A stretch of DNA of 64,000 bases from an uncultured delta proteobacterium (GCA_963735595.1 CAVTLK010000002.1:64001-128000), one strand, 5' to 3'. Positions 1 through 10,937 are shown, counted from the first letter of the stretch. The notes: generated by a model from the sequence alone, not told the origin. Numbers and translations are program-made.

Positions 1-281
1 CAAGGGGACACCGCCCGAATTCTGCCGGATGTGTCTTTCGGGAATCTATACCCACGTGGACAGCGAAAAATGCCATATCTCCTGTCGGAAGGAATGACCG
101 CGCGGGCGGGCCAATTCGCTTATTTGCCTATTTGCATATCGGCTTATTGGCTTATCGCGGGCGCCGTTACGATCGCGGCGACGTGTCCCGAAAACGTCTT
201 GAGATTGATTGACTTCTATGATAGCCTTTGTTACCGGGTTCGCGTCTCCGTCCGATCAGCCACGAAAAGGAGCGTCGTTCG

Positions 282-1115
282 ATGAAGAATCTCATTAAAC
301 GGGCCGCCTGGGATATCTATGGGGCGCAGCACGTCGTTGTGCTGACCGGCGCGGGCGTCAGCACGGAATCCGGAATCCCTGATTTCCGAAGCCCCGGGGG
401 GCTTTGGGAGAAGTATGATCCTATGGAGTTCATGTATGAGCGCTTCATGTCCAACCCGAAGCGGATCTGGGAGATGAGTATCAGGATGAAACGGGAAGGC
501 GATCTGGACATGGCCGAAGCGTTGCCGAACCCGGCGCACCTGGCGCTGGCCGAACTGGAAGCGATGGGATACGTGAAATGCGTCATTACCCAGAACGTCG
601 ATAACCTCCACCAAAAGGCCGGCAGCACCGACGTCATCGAATTTCACGGGAGCCTCTTATGGGGGCGGTGTATCAACTGCGGCGAGCGCTACTCGACCGA
701 TGCGATCGACCGGAAGATCGACACGGGCGAGCTCCCACCCCGATGCACTGCGTGCGGGGGCATCCTCAAGCCCGACGCGGTCTTCTTCGGCGAACCGATA
801 CCTCCCCAGGCATTACAGCGGTCGATTGCGGAGGCGCGCCGCTCGGACGTGATGATCGTGGCCGGGACTTCCGCGGTGGTCTACCCCGCTGCCGAGCTCC
901 CGTTCATCGCAAAACGGGGCGGGGGCTTCTTTTCGACCGCCGTTATCGAACCCTCACCTAACGTCGGGGCAATCGTCATCGAAATCAATGATGAACCGAC
1001 CCAGTTGACCGGAAAGGTCTCCGACTATCTCATCCTCGGGAAGGTGGGAAATGTCCTGCCCGAGGTCGTTAACGAGCTCAAGAAGCTACAACAAGACAGC
1101 GGACACCGGCCGTAA
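282..1115 (+). CDS. cobB: NAD-dependent protein deacylase, Sir2/CobB family
   Basis: Motifs GAGVSTESGIPDFR, TQNVDNLH and EFHGS; Zn knuckles CINC/CTAC; GTS and EIN motifs. AAGGAG lies upstream of ATG 282. Confidence 0.93.
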   Translation: MKNLIKRAAWDIYGAQHVVVLTGAGVSTESGIPDFRSPGGLWEKYDPMEFMYERFMSNPKRIWEMSIRMKREGDLDMAEALPNPAHLALAELEAMGYVKCVITQNVDNLHQKAGSTDVIEFHGSLLWGRCINCGERYSTDAIDRKIDTGELPPRCTACGGILKPDAVFFGEPIPPQALQRSIAEARRSDVMIVAGTSAVVYPAAELPFIAKRGGGFFSTAVIEPSPNVGAIVIEINDEPTQLTGKVSDYLILGKVGNVLPEVVNELKKLQQDSGHRP

Positions 1116-1197
1116 GGCGACCCCGGTACGCGTCAGGTCCTGCGCGGGTAACAATACGATATTACGGTCCCATACAGGAACAAAAAGGAAGCCAATT

Positions 1198-1344
1198 TGT
1201 GTTAAGTTTGACACACCACGTGTGTCATTTGTGACATAAGATCGAGGGATGCCATCCCCGGCCGTATATGTCGCCCCCCTATCTTCTCGAAATCATTAGA
1301 TTAAATAAATGTTTCACGGCCGGATATATGGCAAGGATATTGCT
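1198..1344 (+). promoter_or_regulatory. Sigma54 promoter with upstream activator boxes and an IHF-like site
   Basis: TGGCAA-GGATA-TTGCT at 1329-1344 has GG-N10-GC spacing. Two TGTGTYA-N4-TGACAYA boxes at 1198-1215 and 1221-1238. IHF-like AATCATTAGATTA at 1291-1303. Confidence 0.7.
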
Positions 1345-1469
1345 TACTATACTCTCAATTGGTAGGTGAGCGGGGTTACGCTGGGTACTAAATGGTACTA
1401 TTCCTGCACGCACCCCTAAAAAATAATAGTTTAATATAATCGGATACGGAATCGGCACCCGAGGAACAC

Positions 1470-1700
1470 ATGACGGCAAATACGAAAAAGATAAGCGGAA
1501 ACGGAAATGGAAACGGAAACGGGAACGGAAACGGACGCATCAAGGGGAACGGCCATAAGGGAATGGACCTCATCGCCAAGACCATGTTCAAAGAGCTGAA
1601 AAACTCGGGCTATGACCTCGGGCAGATCCTTGATTTCTCCGGGAAATTGATCTCCTTCGTCCACGAGGAGATCAACCAAGACGACAAACCAAGAGCATAA
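1470..1700 (+). CDS. Small hypothetical protein (76 aa) with a (GN)n tract and a C-terminal amphipathic helical domain
   Basis: RBS GAGGA. The GN repeat is encoded by mixed synonymous codons, consistent with protein-level selection. Downstream of a sigma54 motif. Confidence 0.75.
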   Translation: MTANTKKISGNGNGNGNGNGNGRIKGNGHKGMDLIAKTMFKELKNSGYDLGQILDFSGKLISFVHEEINQDDKPRA

Positions 1701-1806
1701 TTATCGCGCTGAGCGTACCTGGTCCGGCGCTTAGAGCCGTCGCTCCGGCGCAGTACCTGTCACTGAATCCACCCCTAATTCCCCCCGAATACAGAGATAA
1801 ATAGTC

Positions 1807-1835
1807 TTGACGTATTCCCGTCCCTGGTATATAAA
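1807..1835 (+). promoter_or_regulatory. Sigma70-type promoter of the gap operon
   Basis: TTGACG-N17-TATAAA. Confidence 0.55.
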
Positions 1836-1876
1836 AAAACTTTCCCTGATTATTCATGCCTTGAATGGAGATACAG

Positions 1877-2884
1877 ATGACCGTACGAGTTGGTATTAAC
1901 GGATTCGGGAGGGTCGGGCGGTATGCCCTCAGGAGCATTCTTGGACGAAAGGACATGGAAATCGCCGCGATTAACAGCAGGGCGGAATCCAAGGTCCTGG
2001 CGCACCTTTTTAAGTACGATTCGATCCACGGGAAATACGATGCGCCGGTCTCGTACGAGGAAGATTCGTTCTCGGTCGGCGGGAAGAAGATCCCGATCAT
2101 CCGTGAAACCAAGGACCTGGTCTCGATTCCGTGGGGAAAATACGGCGCGGACGTCGTGTTAGAATGCACGGGCAAATTCCGCAAGAAGGACGAAATGACC
2201 GGCCATCTGGCGGGGGGGGCGAAAAAGGTCATCCTGGCGGCCCCGGGCAAGGGGGTGGACGCCACGATCGTGTTGGGCGTCAACGAAGACACCTATGACG
2301 CCGCCTCACACCACATCCTTTCAAACGCCTCGTGCACCACTAACTGTCTCGCGCCCGTTGTGAAGGTCATTAACGATACCTTCGGAATCGAGAAGGGCCT
2401 CATGACCACTATCCATTCCTACACCATGGATCAGCGGCTGCTGGACGGCTCCCACAAGGACCTGAGGCGGGGGCGCGCCGCGGCCCTGTCCATGGTCCCG
2501 ACGACAACGGGTGCGGCCGGCGCCGTTGGGCAGGTCATACCCGAACTGAAAGGGAAGCTCGACGGATTTGCCGTTCGCGTCCCCACGCCAAACGTGTCAC
2601 TGGTCGACCTGGTGGTTGACCTCAAGAAGGACGCAACACCGGAGCAGATCAACGAGGCGGTCAAGCAGCAGGCCGAGGGACGGCTCAAGGGGATTATATA
2701 CTACAGCGAGGAAGAGCTGGTATCCATCGACTTCCAGTCATCGCCCTATTCGGCCATTTTCGATGCCCCGCTGACAAACGTCATCGGCGGGCGGATGGCC
2801 AAGGTAATCGCGTGGTACGATAACGAGTCCGGCTATGCCGAGCGATTGGTCGACCTGGCCAACTACGTCGGCGTTCGTCTTTAA
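1877..2884 (+). CDS. gap: Type I glyceraldehyde-3-phosphate dehydrogenase
   Basis: GINGFGRVGR, catalytic SNASCTTNCLAP and WYDNE motifs; GGAG RBS. Confidence 0.98.
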   Translation: MTVRVGINGFGRVGRYALRSILGRKDMEIAAINSRAESKVLAHLFKYDSIHGKYDAPVSYEEDSFSVGGKKIPIIRETKDLVSIPWGKYGADVVLECTGKFRKKDEMTGHLAGGAKKVILAAPGKGVDATIVLGVNEDTYDAASHHILSNASCTTNCLAPVVKVINDTFGIEKGLMTTIHSYTMDQRLLDGSHKDLRRGRAAALSMVPTTTGAAGAVGQVIPELKGKLDGFAVRVPTPNVSLVDLVVDLKKDATPEQINEAVKQQAEGRLKGIIYYSEEELVSIDFQSSPYSAIFDAPLTNVIGGRMAKVIAWYDNESGYAERLVDLANYVGVRL

Positions 2885-2904
2885 CCAGATAAAGAGACAT
2901 ACCC

Positions 2905-4088
<1,184 letters not shown>

Positions 4089-4092
<4 letters not shown>

Positions 4093-4850
4093 CAATGAGA
4101 ACGAAACTAATCGCTGCTAACTGGAAAATGAACCTGACCCTGCCGGAGGCCGAAGCGCTGGCGGGGGAGCTGGTGAAACGGATAGGGAATGTTACCGACG
4201 CCGCGATCGTCGTGGCGCCCAATTTCACCGTCCTGATCCCGGTTGGCGCCGTCCTCGCGGGGTCCTCGATCCGGCTTGCGGCGCAGAATATCCATTACGA
4301 GCGAAAGGGCGCCTTTACCGGGGAGACCTCGGCCCCGATGCTTGCGGCCGTGGGCGCGACATACGTGATCGTCGGACACTCGGAGCGCAGGACGCTCTTC
4401 GGCGAGACCGATGATATGATCAACAAAAAGCTTATCGCCGCCCTCTCGGAAGCGATTTTGCCGATCTTCTGCGTCGGGGAGACCCTGAAAGAGCGGGAAT
4501 CGGGCAAGGCCCAGACGGTCGTCCAGCAGCAGATTGCCGGGGGGCTTTCCGGCATAGACCGGGAAACGATAAGCCGGATCGTTGTTGCCTACGAGCCGGT
4601 CTGGGCTATCGGCACCGGCGTAACCGCGAGTCCCGAGCAGGCTCAGGAAATGCACGGATTTATCCGGCGTATTCTAGAAACAAAATACGACAAAACTGTT
4701 GCAAATTCACTTAAAATACTATATGGTGGTAGTGTTACCCCGGACAATGTCGACACCCTGATGGCGATGCCCGATATAGACGGGGCGCTGGTGGGCGGTG
4801 CGAGCCTCAAGGCCGATTCGTTTGAGCGGATCGTCAGGTTCGCGCGCTAA
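4089..4850 (+). CDS. tpiA: Triosephosphate isomerase
   Basis: [23 protein letters not shown] and LVGGASL motifs; ATGA overlap with pgk. Confidence 0.98.
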
Positions 4851-4997
4851 TTCGAGGTAATACGAAAGGGGAAAGGGGCGGACGGCGTTTCTCCGACACA
4901 TGAGCGGCGGGGTGCGGGGTGTCTACTCCGGCACAAAATGCAGGAAAGGGAGTAATCGACCGCCCGATACCACATAACGGGTAAAAGGAAGGGTTTT

Positions 4998-5330
4998 ATG
5001 ACAGCGGCAATCATTACGGTCCACATCATTGTCTGTTTTGCGCTGATTCTTATCGTGCTTCTACAGACCGGCAAGGGCCAGGACATGGGGGCGGCGTTCG
5101 GCGGGGCGAGCCAGACGCTGTTCGGGAGCGCCGGACCGGCGACCTTTTTAAACAAGCTGACGACCGTGGCGGCTATAGTATTTATGCTCACGAGTCTGGC
5201 GCTTGCCTACTTCACGACGTCGGTCGGCTCTTCGTCATTGATGGAGAACCTCAAGGGAAAGCCCGGGGTCGAAGAAGAGCTTCCGGACGTCCCGGCAATC
5301 CCGGAGCTTCCGTCGGACATCGGCGAATAA
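4998..5330 (+). CDS. secG: Preprotein translocase subunit SecG
   Basis: Two TM helices flank LLQTGKG..MGAAFGG; conserved tpiA-secG-tRNA-Leu synteny. Confidence 0.95.
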   Translation: MTAAIITVHIIVCFALILIVLLQTGKGQDMGAAFGGASQTLFGSAGPATFLNKLTTVAAIVFMLTSLALAYFTTSVGSSSLMENLKGKPGVEEELPDVPAIPELPSDIGE

Positions 5331-5336
5331 ATCTCC

Positions 5337-5365
5337 TTGACAGACAAGACGCTATTGTATACTAT
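5337..5365 (+). promoter_or_regulatory. Sigma70 promoter for tRNA-Leu
   Basis: TTGACA-N17-TACTAT. Confidence 0.6.
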
Positions 5366-5381
5366 TGCGTTTCCTGAAATA

Positions 5382-5468
5382 GCCGAAGTGGTGGAACTGG
5401 TAGACACGCCATCTTGAGGGGGTGGTGGGTTAACGCCTGTGCGGGTTCGAGTCCCGCCTTCGGCACCA
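5382..5468 (+). tRNA. tRNA-Leu (anticodon GAG), long variable arm, encoded CCA
   Basis: Acceptor stem GCCGAAG/CTTCGGC plus ACCA; anticodon arm CCATC-TTGAGGG-GGTGG; T-loop GGTTCGAGTCC; 87 nt. Confidence 0.97.
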
Positions 5469-5474
5469 TACGAG

Positions 5475-5505
5475 AAAAAAAGGCCGCCCTGGGCGGCCTT
5501 TTTTT
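5475..5505. terminator. Intrinsic terminator, potentially bidirectional
   Basis: A-run, GGCCGCC-CTG-GGCGGCC hairpin, T-run. Confidence 0.9.
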
Positions 5506-5638
5506 ATCCGTGATTGAGAAACGCCCGCCGATGTGCTATAGTATCTCCTAAATATCTTCATTCCCTGCCCGGCCGCCGGCCCCGTGGTGGTTGACGGCCC
5601 CGGGCGGGACTGCCGCTTGATGCAAAGGGACCCCACTC

Positions 5639-7018
5639 ATGGCACAGAGATCCTCCGTATCCATCGTAAGAACTGAACTGCCCGCGGCCGATTCTGATAT
5701 CAAGCGGATAACAGAACAGGCCGTCGATCTCGTCGGGGGAATCGGGCGGTATGTCAAGCCGGGGCAATCGGTCGTCATCAAGCCCAACCTCTTTGCCCCC
5801 TACCCCCCGCCGGTCTCGGTGGACCGCCGGGTGATCGCCGCGGTCGTCTCGCTCTGCAGAGCCGCCGGTGCGGGCAAGGTCACGGTCGTGGAGGGGGTGA
5901 GCGTCGGCAGCCTCATGAAACGGGTCAATATCGAAAAGAGCGGCCCGTCGAAAGCGATGACCCGGGGGATGAAAACGATCGACGTCATGAAGCTGTTGGG
6001 TATAAAACGCGCGGTCGAGGAGGCCGGGGGCGAGGTCCTGGGTGTGGAAGACGGCCCGCGGGTCAAAACGGCCGTTGACGGCGGAAAGGTCCTGACCACG
6101 ATAGACTATCCGAGGTCGGTACTTGAGGCCGACGTCTTTATAAACCTGCCCGCACTCAAGACCCATACGATGACGATGGTGACGCTGGGCATCAAGAACC
6201 TCCAGGGCCTGTTGAACGAGGCGGACCGTTACTACGGCCACCGGGACGACCTGGATCAGCACATGGTTGACATCATGAAGGTCAGGAAGCCCGACCTGAC
6301 CGTCATCGACGGGCTCATCGGCATGGAGGGAATGGGAGCGGGAGAAGGGGGCGGGCCAGTGCCCCTTGGGGTACTGATTGCCGGCGCCGACCCCGTTGCG
6401 ACCGACGCGGTCGCTTCCATGGTGATGGGCATCGAAACCCCGACGGTCGTCGGTACGACGCGGATTGCCGCCTACGACGGGCTGGGTACGGGCTTGCCCG
6501 ACCAAATCGACGTCGTAGGTCTGCCGGTCTCTGAGGTCAGGAAGAAGTTCATGCTTCCCATCAATTATACGCAGCCGGTCGATACCTTTGTGACGGGGGT
6601 CTGGCCCAACGTGGATATCTTCATCGGGGGGGCCTGCCCCACCTGCTGGCTCATGGCGGCGCTTGTCCTCCCCTCGCTCAACAAGTTTCCCGAAAGGACG
6701 GTGCTGGTCGTCGGGGTAGACCCGAAGGTTCCCGCCGGAAGGACCTGGGACGAGAGAAACACCTTTTTCCTGGGCGACTGTGCCCTCGGCTGCGCCGGCG
6801 ACGCCCGGGAGATCAGGAACCGGATCGCGCTTTCGGGGAACGATACGTTTTTATCCGGGTGCCCTCCCTACGAACAGGCGCTCAAGAAGCTCGAAGATAT
6901 CATGGTCGACCGGGGTATTATCACCCGGGAATCGCTCGTGCATAAGGCACAGGAGCACCGTGATCGGTTCTTCACCTATTACCGGACCTATGACCCCACC
7001 TGGGAGCCGGAGCTATAG
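5639..7018 (+). CDS. DUF362-domain protein with a C-terminal Cys-rich putative Fe-S module
   Basis: VVIKPN, INLPALKTH, TLGIKNL, DGLIGMEG and DPVATD motifs; C-terminal CPTC...GDC...GCPP. Confidence 0.8.
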   Translation: MAQRSSVSIVRTELPAADSDIKRITEQAVDLVGGIGRYVKPGQSVVIKPNLFAPYPPPVSVDRRVIAAVVSLCRAAGAGKVTVVEGVSVGSLMKRVNIEKSGPSKAMTRGMKTIDVMKLLGIKRAVEEAGGEVLGVEDGPRVKTAVDGGKVLTTIDYPRSVLEADVFINLPALKTHTMTMVTLGIKNLQGLLNEADRYYGHRDDLDQHMVDIMKVRKPDLTVIDGLIGMEGMGAGEGGGPVPLGVLIAGADPVATDAVASMVMGIETPTVVGTTRIAAYDGLGTGLPDQIDVVGLPVSEVRKKFMLPINYTQPVDTFVTGVWPNVDIFIGGACPTCWLMAALVLPSLNKFPERTVLVVGVDPKVPAGRTWDERNTFFLGDCALGCAGDAREIRNRIALSGNDTFLSGCPPYEQALKKLEDIMVDRGIITRESLVHKAQEHRDRFFTYYRTYDPTWEPEL

Positions 7019-7052
7019 TGCACTTATACAATGACATTATTTTGCAGGTAAC

Positions 7053-8609
7053 GTGATGGAAAAAGAATTCGTTATGGCGGTGGACAGCGGCACGCAGAGC
7101 GTACGGGCCATCGTATACGATCGGCAGGGCAAAGAACTTGCCGTGGCCCGGGCGCCGCACGATCCCTACTTTTCCCTTAAACCGGGATGGGCGGAGCAAA
7201 AACCGGACGACTACTGGAAGAAATTCTGCAAGGTCGTCGGGGAAGTGATGGCAAGCAAGAAGTTCGATCCAAAGAAGCTTGCCGCGCTCGGGATTACCGC
7301 CCAGCGGTCGGCGGTCATCCCGACGGATAAAAACGGAAACGCCCTGAGGAACAGCATCATCTGGCTCGACCAGCGGTACACGGAAAACCCGCCGCCCGCG
7401 AGCCTGGGTGTCAAGGTGCTGTTCGGGCTGGCCGGCAGGTCCAAACTCATAAATTTTGTCCAGAAGAATTCCCGCTTTACCTGGATCAAGACCCACGAAC
7501 CGGAGATCTATAAGAATACGTACAAGTTCTGCCAGGTCACGAGCTACTTCGTCAAGAAGCTGACCGGCGAGTTCGCCGATTCCTGCTCGCTCTACGTCGG
7601 TTATTACCCGCTGGAGCACAAGAAGTCCGACTGGTTCAAGATCAAGGGAGTCATGGATCTCTTCAGCGTAAGCGAGGATATGCTCCCGGTCATCAAGCAG
7701 CCTCACGAGGTTCTCGGGGTCGTCACCAAGAGCGCCGCAAAGGAGACCGGGCTGCCGGAAGGCCTGCCGATTATCGTCGGCGGCGGCGACAAGCAGTCCG
7801 AATCCCTCGGGGCGGGCGTCCTCACGCCGGATATCGGCGTCATCTCGTTCGGGACGGCCACCGCAATGGAGATCGTGACAAAGAAATACGTGGAGGACCG
7901 TCAGGGGCAATTCTTTACCTGGTGCTCGGCGGTGCCGTACGGATGGAACATCGAGTGTTTTGTTTACCGGGGGTTCTGGATGGTGCGGTGGTTCGCCGAC
8001 GAGATGGGCAGCCGGGAGAACATCATCGCCCGGGAGCGAGGCGTTGCCCCGGAGGTAGTCTTCGATGAGATAATCCGGGACATCCCGCCGGGGTGCCTGG
8101 GCCTGGTACTTCAGCCCTACTGGACGCCGCTGCCGTCACTCAAGTACTCCAAAGGGTCCATCATCGGTTTCGGCAGCGCCCATACCCGGGCGCATATCTA
8201 CCGGGCGATCCTCGAGGGCATGGGCTACGAGCTCAGGCGTCTGGGGGAGCTGGCCCAGAAGAAGACGGGAGTGCCTCTCAAGGAGCTCAGGGTCGGCGGC
8301 GGCGGGTCCCGGAGCGAGGAGGCGGTCCAGATTGCCGCGGATATCTTCAACCTGACCGCAAGGCGGATGGATACCTTCGAGAACTGCGCCAAGGGCGCCG
8401 CGATCGATGCCGCCGTGGGCACCGGGCTCCATAAGAACTTTGAGGAGGCGGTCGCCGCGATGACCAGGACGGGCAAGGCGTTTTACCCCAACCCCAAGAA
8501 CCGCGAGATATACGACGGCCTCTACAAGGAAGTATATTTAAAAACCTATGACGCGCTTTCCCCGCTCTATAAGAAGATGATCGAAATTACGGGGTACGAG
8601 AGCACGTAG
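7053..8609 (+). CDS. FGGY-family carbohydrate kinase
   Basis: DSGTQSVRA, GWAEQ, IWLDQR, GGGDKQ, RAILEG and GGGGSRS motifs. Confidence 0.92.
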   Translation: MMEKEFVMAVDSGTQSVRAIVYDRQGKELAVARAPHDPYFSLKPGWAEQKPDDYWKKFCKVVGEVMASKKFDPKKLAALGITAQRSAVIPTDKNGNALRNSIIWLDQRYTENPPPASLGVKVLFGLAGRSKLINFVQKNSRFTWIKTHEPEIYKNTYKFCQVTSYFVKKLTGEFADSCSLYVGYYPLEHKKSDWFKIKGVMDLFSVSEDMLPVIKQPHEVLGVVTKSAAKETGLPEGLPIIVGGGDKQSESLGAGVLTPDIGVISFGTATAMEIVTKKYVEDRQGQFFTWCSAVPYGWNIECFVYRGFWMVRWFADEMGSRENIIARERGVAPEVVFDEIIRDIPPGCLGLVLQPYWTPLPSLKYSKGSIIGFGSAHTRAHIYRAILEGMGYELRRLGELAQKKTGVPLKELRVGGGGSRSEEAVQIAADIFNLTARRMDTFENCAKGAAIDAAVGTGLHKNFEEAVAAMTRTGKAFYPNPKNREIYDGLYKEVYLKTYDALSPLYKKMIEITGYEST

Positions 8610-8701
8610 GCGCGGCGGCGTGGAAAAAACGCCCGCACAGAAGTCTGCGCATACCCTCCGGCGGGGGGTCATTGTCGAGCCGCCGAAGTATAGGAAGAGA
8701 G

Positions 8702-9871
8702 ATGGGTAATTTTTCCGTGGTCAAGAGCATCGCCGAGATCAACGAAAAGATCAAGTCCGGCAAAGTCGTCGTTGTTACCGCCGAGGAAATGACGGCCCTC
8801 GTGAAGAAGGAAGGCGAGGTGGCCGCCGCCCGCAGGGTGGACGTGGTTACCACCGGTACCTTTGGGCCGATGTGTTCCTCGGGGGCCTTTCTCAACTTCG
8901 GGCACACGAAGCCCCGGATCAGGGCATCAAAGATCCTCATGAACCGCGTACCGGCCTACGGCGGAATAGCGGCGGTGGACCTCTACATCGGCGTCACCGA
9001 GCCGACCATCGACGATCCGCTCAACAAGGTTTTCCCCGGCCAGTTCCCCTACGGAGGGGGGCACGTGATCCAGGACCTCGTCTCGGGCAAGAAGGTCGAT
9101 CTCGATCTCGAGTCATATGGCACCGACTGCTACCCGAACAGGGGCCTGAAAAAGGGAATGCGCCTGAAGGACTTTCCCTACGCGATGCTCACCAACCCCC
9201 GTAACGCATACCAGAACTACAACGTGGCGGTCAACACCGGCGACCGGACCCTCTATACCTATATGGGTATCCTCGGGCCGAAATTTTCCAACGCCAACTA
9301 CTGCAGCGCGGGCGAGCTTTCCCCCCTCATGAACGACCCGCTGTTCAAGACGATCGGACTGGGAACGCGGATATTCCTGGGCGGGGGGGTCGGCTATGTC
9401 GTCTGGCACGGTACGCAGCACAACCCGAAGCCCAGCCGGGGCTTCAAGGGGGTGCCCACGGTGCCGGCGGGCACGCTCTCCGTCACGGGGGACCTCAAGG
9501 GGATGAACGGGAGGAATCTCGTCGGCGTCAGCTTCATCGGATACGGGTGCTCGATGGCGGTGGGTTTGGGGATACCGATCCCGATCCTCAACGAGGAGAT
9601 GGCCTACCATACCTCGATTGCGGACGACGAAATCCAGGCGCCGGTCGTGGATTACGCGGTCGATTATCCCCAGATGACCGGCCGGGTCCTCGGCTACACT
9701 ACGTACGGGGCGTTAAAGACCGGCGCGATCACGTTTGAGGGAAAAGAGATCCAGACCGTGCCGCTGTCTTCCCGCGTCCGCGCGCAGGAGATCGCGGCCG
9801 CCCTTAAGGGGTGGATCGAGAAAGGGTCATTTGCGCTGACGGAAGCGCAGGTGTTGCTGCCGTCGAAATAG
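8702..9871 (+). CDS. Homocysteine biosynthesis protein (DUF39, L-aspartate-semialdehyde sulfurtransferase, MA1821-like)
   Basis: VDVVTTGTFGPMCSSGA, GTDCYP, NPRNAYQNY and GELSPLMNDP motifs. Confidence 0.85.
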   Translation: MGNFSVVKSIAEINEKIKSGKVVVVTAEEMTALVKKEGEVAAARRVDVVTTGTFGPMCSSGAFLNFGHTKPRIRASKILMNRVPAYGGIAAVDLYIGVTEPTIDDPLNKVFPGQFPYGGGHVIQDLVSGKKVDLDLESYGTDCYPNRGLKKGMRLKDFPYAMLTNPRNAYQNYNVAVNTGDRTLYTYMGILGPKFSNANYCSAGELSPLMNDPLFKTIGLGTRIFLGGGVGYVVWHGTQHNPKPSRGFKGVPTVPAGTLSVTGDLKGMNGRNLVGVSFIGYGCSMAVGLGIPIPILNEEMAYHTSIADDEIQAPVVDYAVDYPQMTGRVLGYTTYGALKTGAITFEGKEIQTVPLSSRVRAQEIAAALKGWIEKGSFALTEAQVLLPSK

Positions 9872-9893
9872 GAGAGCACCTAAGTTATATGCA

Positions 9894-9977
9894 GAATTAA
9901 CGGGACGCCATACGTAATCCATTATCCCCCCCAATTGAGCTACGAAAGGGGAATTACGTATGGTGTCCCCTTAATTC
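9894..9977. repeat. REP-like inverted repeat element (GGGGACA/TGTCCCC family)
   Basis: 25-bp arms at 9894-9918 and 9953-9977 with 2 mismatches; related copies at 39175-39257 and 59318-59402. Confidence 0.8.
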
Positions 9978-9989
9978 GCCCCTACAAAT

Positions 9990-10937
9990 TCACGCCATCC
10001 GGATCGTCCCGTCTACCCTCCTGATCCTCCCCTCTCCCAACAGCTTCTGTACGTGGCTTTCGGTGATGCCGGTGCCGGGGAAAAACCTGATCATCTCGTT
10101 GGCAAACATCCGCCCGACCAGGTCGACAAACGAAATCGGCCCTTCGGAGAGGACGCCGAGCATCTTTTTCTCCCGCGAAAGGAGCCGCGCCCTTACCTCG
10201 TCGATCTTCGCGGCCGGATCATTGATAACGGCGCCGTGGGAGGGCAGGATGACGCGCGGGTTGCATGCTTCGATCTTCGCGAGGCTTTCGAGATAGCCCG
10301 TAACGCCGCCCGATGCCGGCGTGTACCACGCCACGATGTCCCCCACGAGGTCGCCGCCAAACAATATCCCGGTATCACGGTCAAAGAGCGAGACGTGTCC
10401 GGGGGAATGCCCGGGTGTGTGCAGCACCTCGAAACGGTATACCCCGAGGCGGACGATATCTCCTTCTTCCAGCGACCCGTCCGGGTCGGCCCGCGACATC
10501 GATCATCCTGACCCGTCGAAAAACGAGAAGAGGTCTTTCACCGGCCCCTCCGCGCGGCCTAAAAGCCGCGTGGCAAGCTCGATGTCAAAGGTCCCGGTAA
10601 GGCCGCCGGGATCGCGGGCGTGGTCAACGTCGTCTGTATGGATGAGGACCTCCGGCGAGCACTGCCCGAGGAGCATTTCCGCGGCACCCATGTGGTCGGG
10701 GTGGGCGTGGGAAAGAACAAGCGTCTTCAGGGACGAGAGATCAAGCCCCAGTTGCGCGAGCCCCGCCTTCAGCCGGTCGAGCGCGTCTGCCCTCCCGCAC
10801 CCCACGTCGATCAGCGAAAAGGAACCGTTGTCCACGACGGCGTAGACGCAGGCCGTAGCAGGCCACATTGGTGACGGGGGCGAGATTTGGAACAGGTCGT
10901 CGGCGACTTTTTCTACGATCAGGTCTTCAGATTTCAT
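9990..10937 (-). CDS. MBL-fold metallo-hydrolase (315 aa) with an in-frame UGA at codon 145; candidate selenoprotein
   Basis: Track ORFs 10503-10937 and 9990-10499 are in the same frame (GGA TGA TCG ATG). HAHPDH lies before the UGA; HTPGHSPGH, GGD and PSH lie after it. A SECIS-like hairpin follows the UGA. Confidence 0.8.
10452..10505 (-). promoter_or_regulatory. Candidate bacterial SECIS element
   Basis: After the UGA: upper stem CGACCC/GGGUCG closing a GGAC loop that starts 21 nt after the UGA; possible lower stem CGAUGUC/GAUAUCG. Confidence 0.6.

Noticed and set aside
228..1115. Sir2 as part of an anti-phage (Thoeris/DSR-type) system
   Set aside because: It is a canonical Zn-binding CobB-like deacylase with no defence partner visible in the window.
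5382..5520. tRNA-Leu as an integration site for an island
   Set aside because: No integrase follows, and I saw no duplicated tRNA 3' end in the window.
5639..7018. Additional Sec or Pyl recoding in Cys-rich or methyltransferase genes
   Set aside because: The DUF362, radical SAM, flavodoxin and corrinoid ORFs are uninterrupted, and the other split genes are out-of-frame indels rather than in-frame stops.
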